Shown here: positions 1-9,323 of the stretch, in pieces
How the letters are laid out: the number at the start of each line of letters is the position of its first letter
How positions within the stretch are numbered: position 1 is the stretch's first letter
From: an uncultured Spirochaetia bacterium
GTDB lineage: Bacteria > Spirochaetota > UBA4802 > UBA5368
Direction: 5' to 3'
Length of the DNA stretch: 64,000 bases
Assembly: GCA_937877025.1 (NCBI GenBank)
Contig: CALEGE010000066.1
Location: 15,388 to 79,387 of the forward strand
Program-made: the position numbers and the translations under genes
Notes under the pieces: model-generated
What the model saw: the letters and a program-made list of their open reading frames with translations, nothing else
Database searches by the model: none
Told to the model about the DNA's origin: nothing

Positions 1-529
1 ATCCGCTGATCGAAAGCGGCCGGATAACGGCTCTCGCTCCCGCGCCGCGGTGCTGGCCTTCGCGCTCCTTGCGGCGGCGTGCGGCACGGTTCCCGCGATT
101 CAGGGAACGGATACCCCGCGGGAATTGCGCTGTGTCAACATGAGCCTGGTGTTCGAATATATGGTGCGCAGCGACCCTGATGCGCTTGGCGTTCGGAACC
201 GCAGGTGCGAGGTGATGTCTTCCATTGAGGCGGTTGAAAAGAAGATTGCCGCCGCGCCCGACGAACAGGCGCGGAAGGCGCTTTCCGCGGAGCTGGCCGG
301 GTACAGGGCCGAAAGGGATGGCCTGCGGGCAACAGAAGAATTTCACAAACAGCGTATTCTGAATGAAATAAACACGGCCCTGCAGACCGTTGCTGCGCGT
401 ATGCAGCTCGATTACGTATTCGATGCCGGCAACGGGCCTGTGTATTACAAAAAGGAATACGATATCACCGAGAATGTGCTGCGGGAAATAAGCGCGCAAA
501 AAAAACGCAATGCGCCTGTCACACGATGA
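1..529 (+). CDS. Skp/OmpH-family periplasmic chaperone (possibly 5'-partial; alternative in-window start GTG 47)
   Basis: The reading frame is open to the window edge, with no in-frame start upstream of GTG 47. The C-terminal ~130 aa are a helical Skp/OmpH-like pattern (KKIAAAPDEQARKALSAELAGYRAERDGL ... QLDYVFDAGNGPVYYKKEYDITE). LLAAACG is a lipobox-like signal if the start is GTG 47. Confidence 0.5.
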   Translation, partial: SADRKRPDNGSRSRAAVLAFALLAAACGTVPAIQGTDTPRELRCVNMSLVFEYMVRSDPDALGVRNRRCEVMSSIEAVEKKIAAAPDEQARKALSAELAGYRAERDGLRATEEFHKQRILNEINTALQTVAARMQLDYVFDAGNGPVYYKKEYDITENVLREISAQKKRNAPVTR

Positions 530-598
530 CCTGTGCCGGCGTCTTGCGCCGGGGACATGCGATTATTGCACTATGAAATCAATTATCAGGAAATATTA

Positions 599-1294
599 AT
601 GCGTGTGATAAAGCTGAGGATTTCTGCCGTTGTTTTTGCAATTGCAGCGCTTGCCGCAGCGCTGCCGGCGGCGTGCGGTGGTGATAGCCGGCAGACGGAG
701 GTGCGGCGCGCCTTTGAAACGTTCAGTGGCGGCCATGTGGTGTACGTCAGCAAGCGGGACATGCGGCTGTACGTGTACAACAGGCAGGGGGACATCGTTG
801 CCGATTATAAAATTGCGGCAGGAATGAATTCGGATAAAAAGAGCAAGCTGTACGCGGGCGACAACCGTACCCCCGAAGGCGTGTACCGCATTATTGAAAT
901 ATGGAGCATGGACGCGCAGAAAAATACGCCGGCGTACAAGAAGCTTATGAAATATAATCAAGTGTATTTCCGCGCCCGCGACGGGCATTACCGGTTTGGA
1001 AGGCCCGATGCCGATCTTGGCGACAACGCATACGGGCCCAGGTTTTACCTGCTTGATTATCCCACAAAAGAGGATGTGATGCGGTACGAACGGGCGGTCG
1101 CGGAGGGCGAGGTGCCGGTGGTCCGCGGCAACGTCGCGCCGATAGGATGGGGGATCGCGATCCATGGCAACAACGATGAAGCGTCTATCGGCCATCTGTC
1201 GTCGAGTGGCTGCATCAGGATGTATAACAACGATATTATTGATCTTGAAAAATATATCCGAATCAAGACCCCGGTAATAATTTCAGGCCGATAG
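599..1294 (+). CDS. L,D-transpeptidase (YkuD) catalytic-domain lipoprotein
   Basis: Signal peptide plus lipobox (LPAACGG). C-terminal YkuD signature HGNNDEASIGHLSSSGCIRM (catalytic His ... Ser-x-Gly-Cys). Start ATG 599 preceded by AGGA. Confidence 0.7.
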   Translation: MRVIKLRISAVVFAIAALAAALPAACGGDSRQTEVRRAFETFSGGHVVYVSKRDMRLYVYNRQGDIVADYKIAAGMNSDKKSKLYAGDNRTPEGVYRIIEIWSMDAQKNTPAYKKLMKYNQVYFRARDGHYRFGRPDADLGDNAYGPRFYLLDYPTKEDVMRYERAVAEGEVPVVRGNVAPIGWGIAIHGNNDEASIGHLSSSGCIRMYNNDIIDLEKYIRIKTPVIISGR

Positions 1295-1386
1295 CGATTA
1301 AAGGGTTGACATTATTTTTTTGATGTACCAGTGTGATTCCGTTTTCTGAGACACTGACCGTGTTACCCGTAATCCTACATGCGACA

Positions 1387-1716
1387 ATGGAGGCAAAATT
1401 GTTTACTTTAGTATCTCAGGCGTATGCCCAGACCGCAGGCGCCGGCAACAGCGCGACTTCCTCATGGATGAGCTTTATTCCGATCATACTGATGATCGTT
1501 ATATTTTATTTTCTGCTGATACGTCCCTCGCAGAAGAAAGAAAAAGAAAGAAAAAAGATGATCGACGCGATTCAGAAAGGAGACAAGGTGCTGACCATCG
1601 GCGGCATGTACGGTACCGTTGTGAACATTAAAGACGGAAATACCATTGTGCTCAAGATTGGCGATTCAACAAAGGTCGAAATCGTCAAATCGGCGATACA
1701 GGCGAAGATTTCTTGA
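1387..1716 (+). CDS. yajC: preprotein translocase subunit YajC
   Basis: Single TM followed by IRPSQKKEKERKKMIDAIQKGDKVLTIGGMYGTVVNI, the typical YajC core. Lies directly upstream of secD-secF (conserved yajC-secDF order). Start ATG 1387 chosen inside the longer ORF. Confidence 0.8.
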   Translation: MEAKLFTLVSQAYAQTAGAGNSATSSWMSFIPIILMIVIFYFLLIRPSQKKEKERKKMIDAIQKGDKVLTIGGMYGTVVNIKDGNTIVLKIGDSTKVEIVKSAIQAKIS

Positions 1717-1739
1717 TACTGCGCCGCGATCACTATGAT

Positions 1740-2393
1740 ATGAATAGAAAAAGAAATTTCCTGGTTTTGCTGTCGCTGATTATTACAGGCATAATGGCGA
1801 TGGTTGCCATGCCTCACGCGCCCGCCGGCCTTTATGGCGGCGCGTATGCGCAGACTACCGACGATGCGAAAGACACTTCAACCGTTAATAACCTGCGCCC
1901 TGCCGACGATGCGGATAAAAATCCGCCAGTGGTATCTGAAAAACAGACCGAGCAAATAATGGCTCCTCAGGAGCCGGCCGCGAAAGAGCAGGACGCAAAA
2001 CCGTCAACGGATGGCGTAAAAAAGGATATCCCGGCGCGTGATGTGCGGACTGAAGACGCTGTCAGGGGCAGGGGGTCGGCCGGCATGCAGCCGGATGACG
2101 GATTGCTTGATATCACCGAGGGGTCTTTTAAGTACAAAAGAATTCCAAAGATAAAATTATCAGATATAGGGTTTGGCGTTTCGCGGCCTCAGATGTCCCC
2201 GGGGGGCGAGAAAGGTGCAATCGCGCCGGAGGCGAATTCTGAAAAAGAGGGACTTTTCGGCCTCAGCCAGCGCGCGACGGATGTTCTTGTATGGATCATT
2301 TTCATCGGCGTTATCTTCCTGGTTTTTGTCCTGTACAGGTTCAGGGCACACGGACGGCAGAGCAGCGTGCTGAAGAGATTCCCCAGATCATAG
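1740..2393 (+). CDS. hypothetical secreted/membrane protein (N-terminal signal, Pro/Ala/Asp-rich linker, C-terminal TM)
   Basis: ORF with N-terminal hydrophobic segment (FLVLLSLIITGIMAMVAM) and C-terminal TM (VLVWIIFIGVIFLVFVLY). No recognisable catalytic motif. Start ATG 1740 chosen inside the ORF. Confidence 0.4.
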   Translation: MNRKRNFLVLLSLIITGIMAMVAMPHAPAGLYGGAYAQTTDDAKDTSTVNNLRPADDADKNPPVVSEKQTEQIMAPQEPAAKEQDAKPSTDGVKKDIPARDVRTEDAVRGRGSAGMQPDDGLLDITEGSFKYKRIPKIKLSDIGFGVSRPQMSPGGEKGAIAPEANSEKEGLFGLSQRATDVLVWIIFIGVIFLVFVLYRFRAHGRQSSVLKRFPRS

Positions 2394-2429
2394 CCTTTCT
2401 TACTATTACACACAATTACGAGGGTACGA

Positions 2430-4094
2430 ATGACACGAGGAATGGTATATAAGGCCATATTTATTGTGGCGCTAATCGCGTTCTCGATTATTCTGGTTCT
2501 TCCGACCGTCGGGAAAAAAGAGATGCAGATTGTGATTGATTCTGATGCGACGGTGGAGCAGATTTCGACGATAGAGCAGCGATTTTCGAAGGACGGCTAT
2601 ACCGTCGAAAAGAAAGAAAACGTTGTTACCGTCAGCGGGTATAGAATTACCAATGCCATCATGAACGAGGTGAAGATATTTCCTGGCGTCAGCGACGTGA
2701 AAATACTTCCGCACTGGGCCGAAAGGGCGGTGCTTGCGAAGAAGATAAATCTCGGGCTCGATTTGCAGGGCGGCATGAGCCTGGTGCTTCGGGCCGATTT
2801 TGAGAGTATTGAAAGAAAGCACGGAAAGAAGCTGACCGACTCGGAAAAAGTCGATATCACGCAGCAGGCGCTCGAATTGCTGCGCAACCGTATCGATAAA
2901 TTCGGTGTTGCCGAGCCGTCGATACGCCCGCGCGGCACTGAGGCGATTGAGATACAGCTTCCCGGTGTCAAGGACCCGAACAGCGTCAAAAAGGCGATCG
3001 GCACGACCGGGCGTGTGGAGTACCGCGTCGTCAATGATGAATATACGAGGGACGCGGGCCAGTGGCTGAAAAACGCCATCGCCGGTTTAAAAGACCAGCA
3101 TATCCCGGAAAGCACTGAAGACCAGTATACGCTGCTGGCGGATATCGCGAAGAATATCAATCTGCCGCAGCAATACGAACTGCTTTTTTTCTTCGAGCGG
3201 GATGAATCGACAAATAAGATTTTCCCCGCCTACCCGATAGCGCTTGAAAAACAGGTTGCCCTCGCGGGAAACGATATCAGCAAGGCGTGGGTGGGACAGG
3301 ATGAATACGGCAGGCTTTCCGTGCATTTTACCACGACACCCGAAGGGGCGGAGAAATTTGCCGACGTGACATCGGAAAAAAATCACGGGAAAAAACTGGC
3401 GATCGTTATCGATGAAAAAGTGAGAAGCGCCCCGCAGATCAATGTGCAGATATCGACGGGCCAGGCGCTTATTCAGGGTGATTTCACCATGGAGGAAGTG
3501 AATACCCTCGCACGGATTATTAAGGAGGGGGCGCTTCCCGTCAATCTCACCATTATCGAGGAGCGCACCGTCGGCCCGTCGCTCGGACAGGATTCAATTA
3601 CCGCCGGGATCAAGGCGACCCTGGTTGCGTCCCTCGGCGTTATGGTATTTATGATGTTTTATTATAAAATGGCCGGAGTAATCGCCACGTTCGGCCTGAT
3701 GCTGAACTTTACTTTCATGCTTGCGCTGCTTTCATGGCTTGGATTTACGCTGACGCTGCCGGGCATTGCCGGATTCATTCTTACCATCGGCATGGCGGTT
3801 GACGGCAACGTGCTCATTTACGAGCGCATGAGGGAGGAAATCAGAAGCGGAAAATCGGTACGGGCGGTGGTATCCAACGGTTTCGACCGCGCGTTCTGGG
3901 CGATTTTCGACTCGAACATTACCACGCTTATCGCGGCGTTTGTGCTTGCGCAGTTCGGCACGGGGCCGATCCGGGGATTCGCCGTGACGCTGTCCATAGG
4001 CCTTATCGCGAGCATGTTTGTCGTACTCTATGTGACTCGGTTCGTGTATGAAGTGATATCCTCGAGTAAAATCGTGAAAAAAATCAGCGTCTAA
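2430..4094 (+). CDS. secD: protein translocase subunit SecD
   Basis: 554 aa with N-terminal TM, a large periplasmic domain (LGLDLQGGMSLVL motif) and a C-terminal 6-TM SecD/SecF core. Confidence 0.9.
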   Translation: MTRGMVYKAIFIVALIAFSIILVLPTVGKKEMQIVIDSDATVEQISTIEQRFSKDGYTVEKKENVVTVSGYRITNAIMNEVKIFPGVSDVKILPHWAERAVLAKKINLGLDLQGGMSLVLRADFESIERKHGKKLTDSEKVDITQQALELLRNRIDKFGVAEPSIRPRGTEAIEIQLPGVKDPNSVKKAIGTTGRVEYRVVNDEYTRDAGQWLKNAIAGLKDQHIPESTEDQYTLLADIAKNINLPQQYELLFFFERDESTNKIFPAYPIALEKQVALAGNDISKAWVGQDEYGRLSVHFTTTPEGAEKFADVTSEKNHGKKLAIVIDEKVRSAPQINVQISTGQALIQGDFTMEEVNTLARIIKEGALPVNLTIIEERTVGPSLGQDSITAGIKATLVASLGVMVFMMFYYKMAGVIATFGLMLNFTFMLALLSWLGFTLTLPGIAGFILTIGMAVDGNVLIYERMREEIRSGKSVRAVVSNGFDRAFWAIFDSNITTLIAAFVLAQFGTGPIRGFAVTLSIGLIASMFVVLYVTRFVYEVISSSKIVKKISV

Positions 4095-4105
4095 GGAGAA
4101 CCGCA

Positions 4106-4996
4106 TTGGATAAGGACAGAGTAATCAATTTTATAAAATATAAATGGTTTGCGATAGGGCTTTCCTCTATCCTCCTCGCCGTTTTCTCAATAGGGGTATA
4201 TTACAACGGCGGTTTCAACTGGGGAATAGATTTTTCGGGCGGTGTGAAGATTACCGCGCAGTTTGAAGAAGGCGTTACTCCGCATCAGATCCGCGAGGCG
4301 CTCGAGGGAAGCAATATCGGCGCCGAGGTGCAGCAGATCGGAAAAGAGGAGCTCAACCAGTACGTGATCGCGACAAAGCTTCTCGAGAAGGGCGAATCGT
4401 CGGAGAAAAGCTCTCAGCTTGTTTCGCAGGCGCTTGGCGAAAAGTTCCGGAACATTCAGGTGATGAGCGTTGAAACGGTAGGGCCCGCGGTCGGGAATTT
4501 TTTGAAGCAGTCGATGCTCAAGCTCGGTATCGTTGCCGTGATTCTCATGATGCTCTACCTGGCGTTTCGTTTTGAAATGAAGTATTCGGTCGGCGTTATG
4601 ACTGCGGTGCTCCATGACGTTATCCTTTCCATCTTTTTTTGCGGAATAATGGGCATAGAAATCAATATCCCGATCGTTGCCGCGATACTGACGCTCTTCG
4701 GGTTCTCGGTGAACGATACGATAGTCATATTCGACCGCGTACGGGAAAATCTTCAGATAAAGACAAAACAGACCTTTACCTATGTGCTTGACCTTTCGAT
4801 CACCCAGACGCTGTCGAGAACCGTTATTACAACGCTGACCGTTCTCTTCTGCGTTCTTACGCTGTATCTCATTGGCGAGGGCACCATCAGCGATTTTGCG
4901 CTGGTAATGCTTTTCGGCCTCATATTGGGAACGTATTCGACGATTTATATCGCGTCGCCTGTGGTTATCTGGTGGGAGAAGCTGACGGCGAAATAG
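4106..4996 (+). CDS. secF: protein translocase subunit SecF
   Basis: 296 aa; WGIDFSGGVKITAQF periplasmic motif and a 6-TM SecF core. TTG start 6 nt after AAGGAGA. Immediately follows secD. Confidence 0.9.
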   Translation: MDKDRVINFIKYKWFAIGLSSILLAVFSIGVYYNGGFNWGIDFSGGVKITAQFEEGVTPHQIREALEGSNIGAEVQQIGKEELNQYVIATKLLEKGESSEKSSQLVSQALGEKFRNIQVMSVETVGPAVGNFLKQSMLKLGIVAVILMMLYLAFRFEMKYSVGVMTAVLHDVILSIFFCGIMGIEINIPIVAAILTLFGFSVNDTIVIFDRVRENLQIKTKQTFTYVLDLSITQTLSRTVITTLTVLFCVLTLYLIGEGTISDFALVMLFGLILGTYSTIYIASPVVIWWEKLTAK

Positions 4997-5006
4997 AATA
5001 CCGCAC

Positions 5007-5927
5007 ATGCCTTTTCTTCGCACATGCCTCTGTGTCTGCCTGGCGGGCGCCATGGTTGTATCGGGGCCGCCGGCGGGCGTGGCGCGCGGCATGGATGCCG
5101 GGCCGCATGAATACAGATACGACGAAATTCTCGGCTTCGCTCGCCACTGCGCCGCGAACGGCGAGTATTACCGCGCCTACGTCGAGTTGCAGCGGCTGCA
5201 ATCGTATTATCCTTCACGCGTAAATCATGAGCGGCTGTATGCCGCGGGCCTGTATCTTCAGTATGGGGCGGGCCGGTATGCCGATATCGTGTCCGGAGTA
5301 AGCGCGTTTCCACGCTCGGGAGATCGGTGCGTTGCCGCGGTGTTCGAGGCGGATGCGCGAATCGCGATTTCCGATTATGGGGGTGCGCGCGATATCGCGT
5401 CAGGGTACGCTTACAATAGTGATGAACCATTGCTTGCGGCAATGCATTTTAAACGCCTGTTGCTGTCGTCTATGCTGTTATTCGATATCGACGGATCGCG
5501 CCGTATGCTGTGCGATGAGAGAATCAATGCCCTGAATAAAAATGATCTGGAACTTTACGCCACCCTTGTGAAATATGCCGATTCTACGGCAAAATCCTTG
5601 AAAAATCCGCACATTGCGGCAATCAATGGTATAATCCCCGGTATGGGATATGCGTATTCGGGCAATGCTTCCACCGGGATAATCGCGTTTCTGGCGGTAG
5701 CTGTTCTATCGGGACTCGCATATGGCGCTGCGGTGACTGACAACGGGGCGATGTGTGTGTGCTTCGGACTGGGGGCCACGGCGCTCTATGCGGGAAGCGT
5801 CGTGGGGGGGTGGCGCGAGGCCGTGCGGTATAACGAGGCGCGTATGCGCCGGTATTCGGAAACGCTTGTGGATGATATGAACTGCGGCGCCGACAGGGAT
5901 GCCCTGTATAGACGGTATGGGATCTGA
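5007..5927 (+). CDS. hypothetical membrane protein
   Basis: 306-aa ORF with a Cys-rich signal-like N-terminus and two C-terminal TM helices (GIIAFLAVAVLSGLAYGAAV; MCVCFGLGATALYAGSVVGG). Its stop overlaps the ribD start (TGATG). Confidence 0.4.
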   Translation: MPFLRTCLCVCLAGAMVVSGPPAGVARGMDAGPHEYRYDEILGFARHCAANGEYYRAYVELQRLQSYYPSRVNHERLYAAGLYLQYGAGRYADIVSGVSAFPRSGDRCVAAVFEADARIAISDYGGARDIASGYAYNSDEPLLAAMHFKRLLLSSMLLFDIDGSRRMLCDERINALNKNDLELYATLVKYADSTAKSLKNPHIAAINGIIPGMGYAYSGNASTGIIAFLAVAVLSGLAYGAAVTDNGAMCVCFGLGATALYAGSVVGGWREAVRYNEARMRRYSETLVDDMNCGADRDALYRRYGI

Positions 5928-7162
5928 TGGAAGATAGACACGCTTACTTTATGAAAAAGGCGCTCGGCATGGCCTTTTCCAGGATGGGGACAACCTCGCC
6001 GAATCCGGCCGTCGGCGCGGTCATCGTGAAGAATGGCGAAATCATCTCGCTCGGCGGCACCTGCGCGTGTGGCAGCGATCATGCCGAGGTTGACGCGATA
6101 AAGAACGCGGCGGCGCCGCTTGATGGCGCCGAGCTGTATGTGACCCTCGAGCCGTGCTGCCATTACGGAAAAACGCCGCCGTGCACGAGGGCGATAATCG
6201 AGGCGGGCATATTGCGTGTGTATATCCCGATTCTCGATCCGAATCCCAGTGTCGCGGGGGAGGGCGCTGCGTGCCTCAGAGATGCGGGCGTCGATGTTGT
6301 GATGATGACGGAGATGGAACACTATGCGTCATCGCTTATACGGCCGTTTAAAAAATCAATTCTGGAACGCGCGCCATTTGTCATTCACAAAACGGCGCTG
6401 TCGCTGGACGGGCGGATCGCCACATCATCGGGCGATTCGAAATGGATATCGTCGGCGCACGCACGCTATTTTGTGCATCGCCTGCGCGCCGTCGTTGATG
6501 CCATTATTGTCGGCAAAAACACGCTTGCGGCCGACAATCCCTCGCTTACTGTGCGCCTCGATTCGTTTTCCGGCGACGTGAAGAGATATTTCGCGGAACG
6601 CGACTTCGATCTTCGCGGGCATGACAACTTTTTTGTGCACTGCCTTCTGAAAGCGGATGAGCCCGCCTGCACGGTGTCACCGTGCAGGATCGTGCTTGGC
6701 ATTCCGGATGATTTGGAAAAAAAGTACGCCATTTTCGCGGACGGCAATTATATCATGTTCGCCGATGAAAGCAAAAAAGATGCTTGTAGAACGCATCCGT
6801 CGTATGATCGAATAAAAAAACTTGAGTCGTCGGGAAATATTGTTTTTGTGAAAGGGGCGACGGTCCGGGAGCGGGTGGACGCCACGCTGGGCGAGTTGAA
6901 CCGCCGCGGCATGATGTGTGTGCTCCTCGAGGGTGGCGGCGTGGCGGCGGGTACATTTCTCGACGCGGGGCAGATCGATCATTTTCTGTATGTGATCTCG
7001 CCACGGATTATCGGCAGGGGCGTGCCGCCGATTATGGCTGCCGGGGCCGCAACGGTGCGTGAATCGCTTGCGCTTCACGACGTTTCCACGGTAATGATCA
7101 ACGACGATCTGTTGTACAGCGCCTACCGGGAGCCGTACGGGGCGGCGCAGGGGAAAGGGTGA
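5927..7162 (+). CDS. ribD: bifunctional riboflavin biosynthesis protein RibD (deaminase/reductase)
   Basis: N-terminal CMP/dCMP deaminase zinc motif (CGSDHAEVDAI ... TLEPCCHYGKTPPC) and C-terminal RibG-type reductase domain. At 411 aa it is longer than usual, with an apparent ~45-aa insertion in the reductase domain. Confidence 0.85.
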   Translation: MEDRHAYFMKKALGMAFSRMGTTSPNPAVGAVIVKNGEIISLGGTCACGSDHAEVDAIKNAAAPLDGAELYVTLEPCCHYGKTPPCTRAIIEAGILRVYIPILDPNPSVAGEGAACLRDAGVDVVMMTEMEHYASSLIRPFKKSILERAPFVIHKTALSLDGRIATSSGDSKWISSAHARYFVHRLRAVVDAIIVGKNTLAADNPSLTVRLDSFSGDVKRYFAERDFDLRGHDNFFVHCLLKADEPACTVSPCRIVLGIPDDLEKKYAIFADGNYIMFADESKKDACRTHPSYDRIKKLESSGNIVFVKGATVRERVDATLGELNRRGMMCVLLEGGGVAAGTFLDAGQIDHFLYVISPRIIGRGVPPIMAAGAATVRESLALHDVSTVMINDDLLYSAYREPYGAAQGKG

Positions 7163-7166
7163 AACA

Positions 7167-7820
7167 GTGTTTACAGGGATAATTGAGGAAATAGGAAAAG
7201 TGGCGCGTATCGAGCCTGTCAGCGACGGCATCTATATGACGGTCAAAGCGGCGCGCGTGCTCGACGCAACGGCGATTGGTGACTCGATAGCGATTAACGG
7301 CGCATGCCAGACTGTCACCCGTATTGGAAATGATGCGTTTACCGTGTTCTGCTCCCACGTGACGCTGTCGGTGACAACGCTTGGGGCGTTTACGCCTGGA
7401 ACGCCGGTCAACCTGGAGCGCGCGCTGACGCCCTCGTCGCGTTTCGGCGGCCACATTGTGCAGGGACACGTCGACGGGAAGGGAACGATAAAAAAAATTA
7501 TCCGCGATGCCAATGGCAGCCGTTTTGACATTGCGGCGCCCGGCGATATTATGCGGTATGTCGTGCAGCGGGGGTCGGTTGCGGTGGACGGCGTATCGCT
7601 CACCGTGGTGTCGGCGCATCAGTCCGGCTTCGAGCTCTACATTATACCGGAAACGATACAGAAGACAACATTGAATGCGCGCAGGCCGGGCGATGAAGTG
7701 AACATAGAGGCCGACATCCTCGCGAAATACATTGAAAAATTTCTCCAGAACAGTGCGGCGCAGAACGGCTCGAATGATGAAGGGCTTATGAAAAAGCTCG
7801 CCGAAGGCGGATTTATTTAA
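7167..7820 (+). CDS. ribE: riboflavin synthase (alpha subunit)
   Basis: MFTGIIEEIGKV N-terminus and two lumazine-binding repeats (SIAINGACQT / SVAVDGVSLT), diagnostic of riboflavin synthase. Confidence 0.85.
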   Translation: MFTGIIEEIGKVARIEPVSDGIYMTVKAARVLDATAIGDSIAINGACQTVTRIGNDAFTVFCSHVTLSVTTLGAFTPGTPVNLERALTPSSRFGGHIVQGHVDGKGTIKKIIRDANGSRFDIAAPGDIMRYVVQRGSVAVDGVSLTVVSAHQSGFELYIIPETIQKTTLNARRPGDEVNIEADILAKYIEKFLQNSAAQNGSNDEGLMKKLAEGGFI

Positions 7821-8160
7821 ATGTATACTGAGGGTACCGATTCGAGAGATCGTCGCTGCTCACTATGACGAAGAACTTGTCCAGATACGCCAGTTTGAAC
7901 ACATTCAGTATTGACGGATTAACATCGAGAAGAACGAATTCGATGCTCATGTTCTTCGAAAAATTCATTGCCTTGATGAGCGAACCGATTCCCGATGAAT
8001 CGATATATTTCATCGCCGACAGATCCAGCACGATATATTTCTTCATGGCGAGGTGCTTCTCGAACTCTTCCTCGAATTTCAACACCTCTTCAATATTAAA
8101 ACGGCCGATAAGCCTGAGAATGATAAAATCGCTGTTCACTTCTTTTGTTTTTATTTCCAT
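7813..8160 (-). CDS. STAS-domain protein (anti-sigma factor antagonist, SpoIIAA-like)
   Basis: 115 aa with the STAS pattern LDLSAMKYIDSSGIGSLIKAMN. The gene is visibly A/T-rich relative to the flanking rib genes. Confidence 0.6.
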   Translation of the reverse strand: MEIKTKEVNSDFIILRLIGRFNIEEVLKFEEEFEKHLAMKKYIVLDLSAMKYIDSSGIGSLIKAMNFSKNMSIEFVLLDVNPSILNVFKLAYLDKFFVIVSSDDLSNRYPQYTFK

Positions 8161-8212
8161 ACTGCTTCCATGGGTGCGGCAAAATTTTAATTATGGCAAA
8201 ATCATTTCATCA

Positions 8213-9301
8213 TCATTGCGTAAGGCCGAATATACGCTGTATGTCAATTGTATCGGAATTCACGGGCAATTCAATAATTTTTCTGTGCAGTGACGCCGAA
8301 AGATATATCGCGTGTATGGCTTCAAGCGCCCTGTAACCGTCACGCCCTCCTGATGTGATTGCGGCCGGCGTGCCACGAAGCAGCTTTTTCGCCTCGATGT
8401 ACTCGGTTGTAAAGCAGCTTCTTTGGCTGTAGGGGGGGAACTTTTTAAGCGAAAGATCGCGGAAACCGGTATAATACCGGGATTTTTCCGTTCGATACAG
8501 CAACTCGTATCCGTTACCGATGACTATTTTTCCGAGCGTTCCGGAGATTTCCAGCTCGAATACAAAATAGTTCCTGTTTCCCCCTGCTTCGATAAAGACG
8601 TCGATGCCGCCGCGGGCCGTCATCCACGCGGTTGCCCTGTCCTCGAATCCTTTCTTGCGGCCTTCGCGATGAAATTCGCCCTGTACGGACGTGATGTCGC
8701 CGAAAAAGAAGCGTACAATGTCGATCAGGTGCGTGCCGTCGTGCAGCAGCGGCCCGCCGCCCGCTGCCGCCTTCGACTCGCCGTGAAACCCGGATGTCAG
8801 CACCGACGCGTGGACGGTCTTGATAACGCCGATCGCTCCCGAATCGATCATCTTTTTTACCGCACGGTACCTGCCGTCATAACGGCGCTCATGGTTGACG
8901 ATGAGCGCGACGCCGTGTTTTTCACACTCGGCGCACAGCGCACGGGCATCGGCAAGGTTGCCCGCGACGGGTTTTTCGCACACAATCACCTTCGCCCCGT
9001 GACGGGCGGCCGTTATCCCGATAGCCGCGTGCGTATCGGTCCAGGTGCTGACTATCACCATGGACGGGCGAACCTCCGTGATCAGCCTTTCATACGATGA
9101 GAACCTGTGCTGCGGCGGGATTTCCGCCATCTCGGAGAATCGGCGCAGGCGTTCTTCGTTAATATCGCACGCGTAATTGATTGGTAATCCGGCGGCCGAT
9201 GCGCCGCCCCAGTGGGTACATGGCTTGTTTCTAAGGGGGTCTGCTTCAAGCAGGCATCCTATTCTGCCGCATCCGATAAGCGCGATTCGTTCGTTTTTCA
9301 T
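8213..9301 (-). CDS. Gfo/Idh/MocA-family NAD(P)-dependent oxidoreductase
   Basis: N-terminal Rossmann motif IALIGCGRIG ... VIVCEKP (the EKP motif of the GFO/IDH/MocA family). Start taken at MKNERIALIG. Confidence 0.75.
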   Translation of the reverse strand: MKNERIALIGCGRIGCLLEADPLRNKPCTHWGGASAAGLPINYACDINEERLRRFSEMAEIPPQHRFSSYERLITEVRPSMVIVSTWTDTHAAIGITAARHGAKVIVCEKPVAGNLADARALCAECEKHGVALIVNHERRYDGRYRAVKKMIDSGAIGVIKTVHASVLTSGFHGESKAAAGGGPLLHDGTHLIDIVRFFFGDITSVQGEFHREGRKKGFEDRATAWMTARGGIDVFIEAGGNRNYFVFELEISGTLGKIVIGNGYELLYRTEKSRYYTGFRDLSLKKFPPYSQRSCFTTEYIEAKKLLRGTPAAITSGGRDGYRALEAIHAIYLSASLHRKIIELPVNSDTIDIQRIFGLTQ

Positions 9302-9323
9302 TGCCGACTGCACTTACGGAAAA

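Noticed and set aside
596-1195. 199-aa minus-strand ORF antisense to the L,D-transpeptidase gene. Similar long antisense ORFs occur at 2597-3160, 4187-5092, 5786-6322, 6677-7231, 7098-7619, 18404-19408, 21912-22706, 24472-25071, 27680-28756, 30260-30934, 31127-31780, 38850-39653, 40770-41513, 42195-43142, 43230-43994, 56473-57414, 57430-58134
   Set aside because: These are shadow ORFs on the strand opposite well-supported genes. They have Arg/Pro/His-rich low-complexity translations and no start-site signals, as expected from G+C-rich coding DNA.
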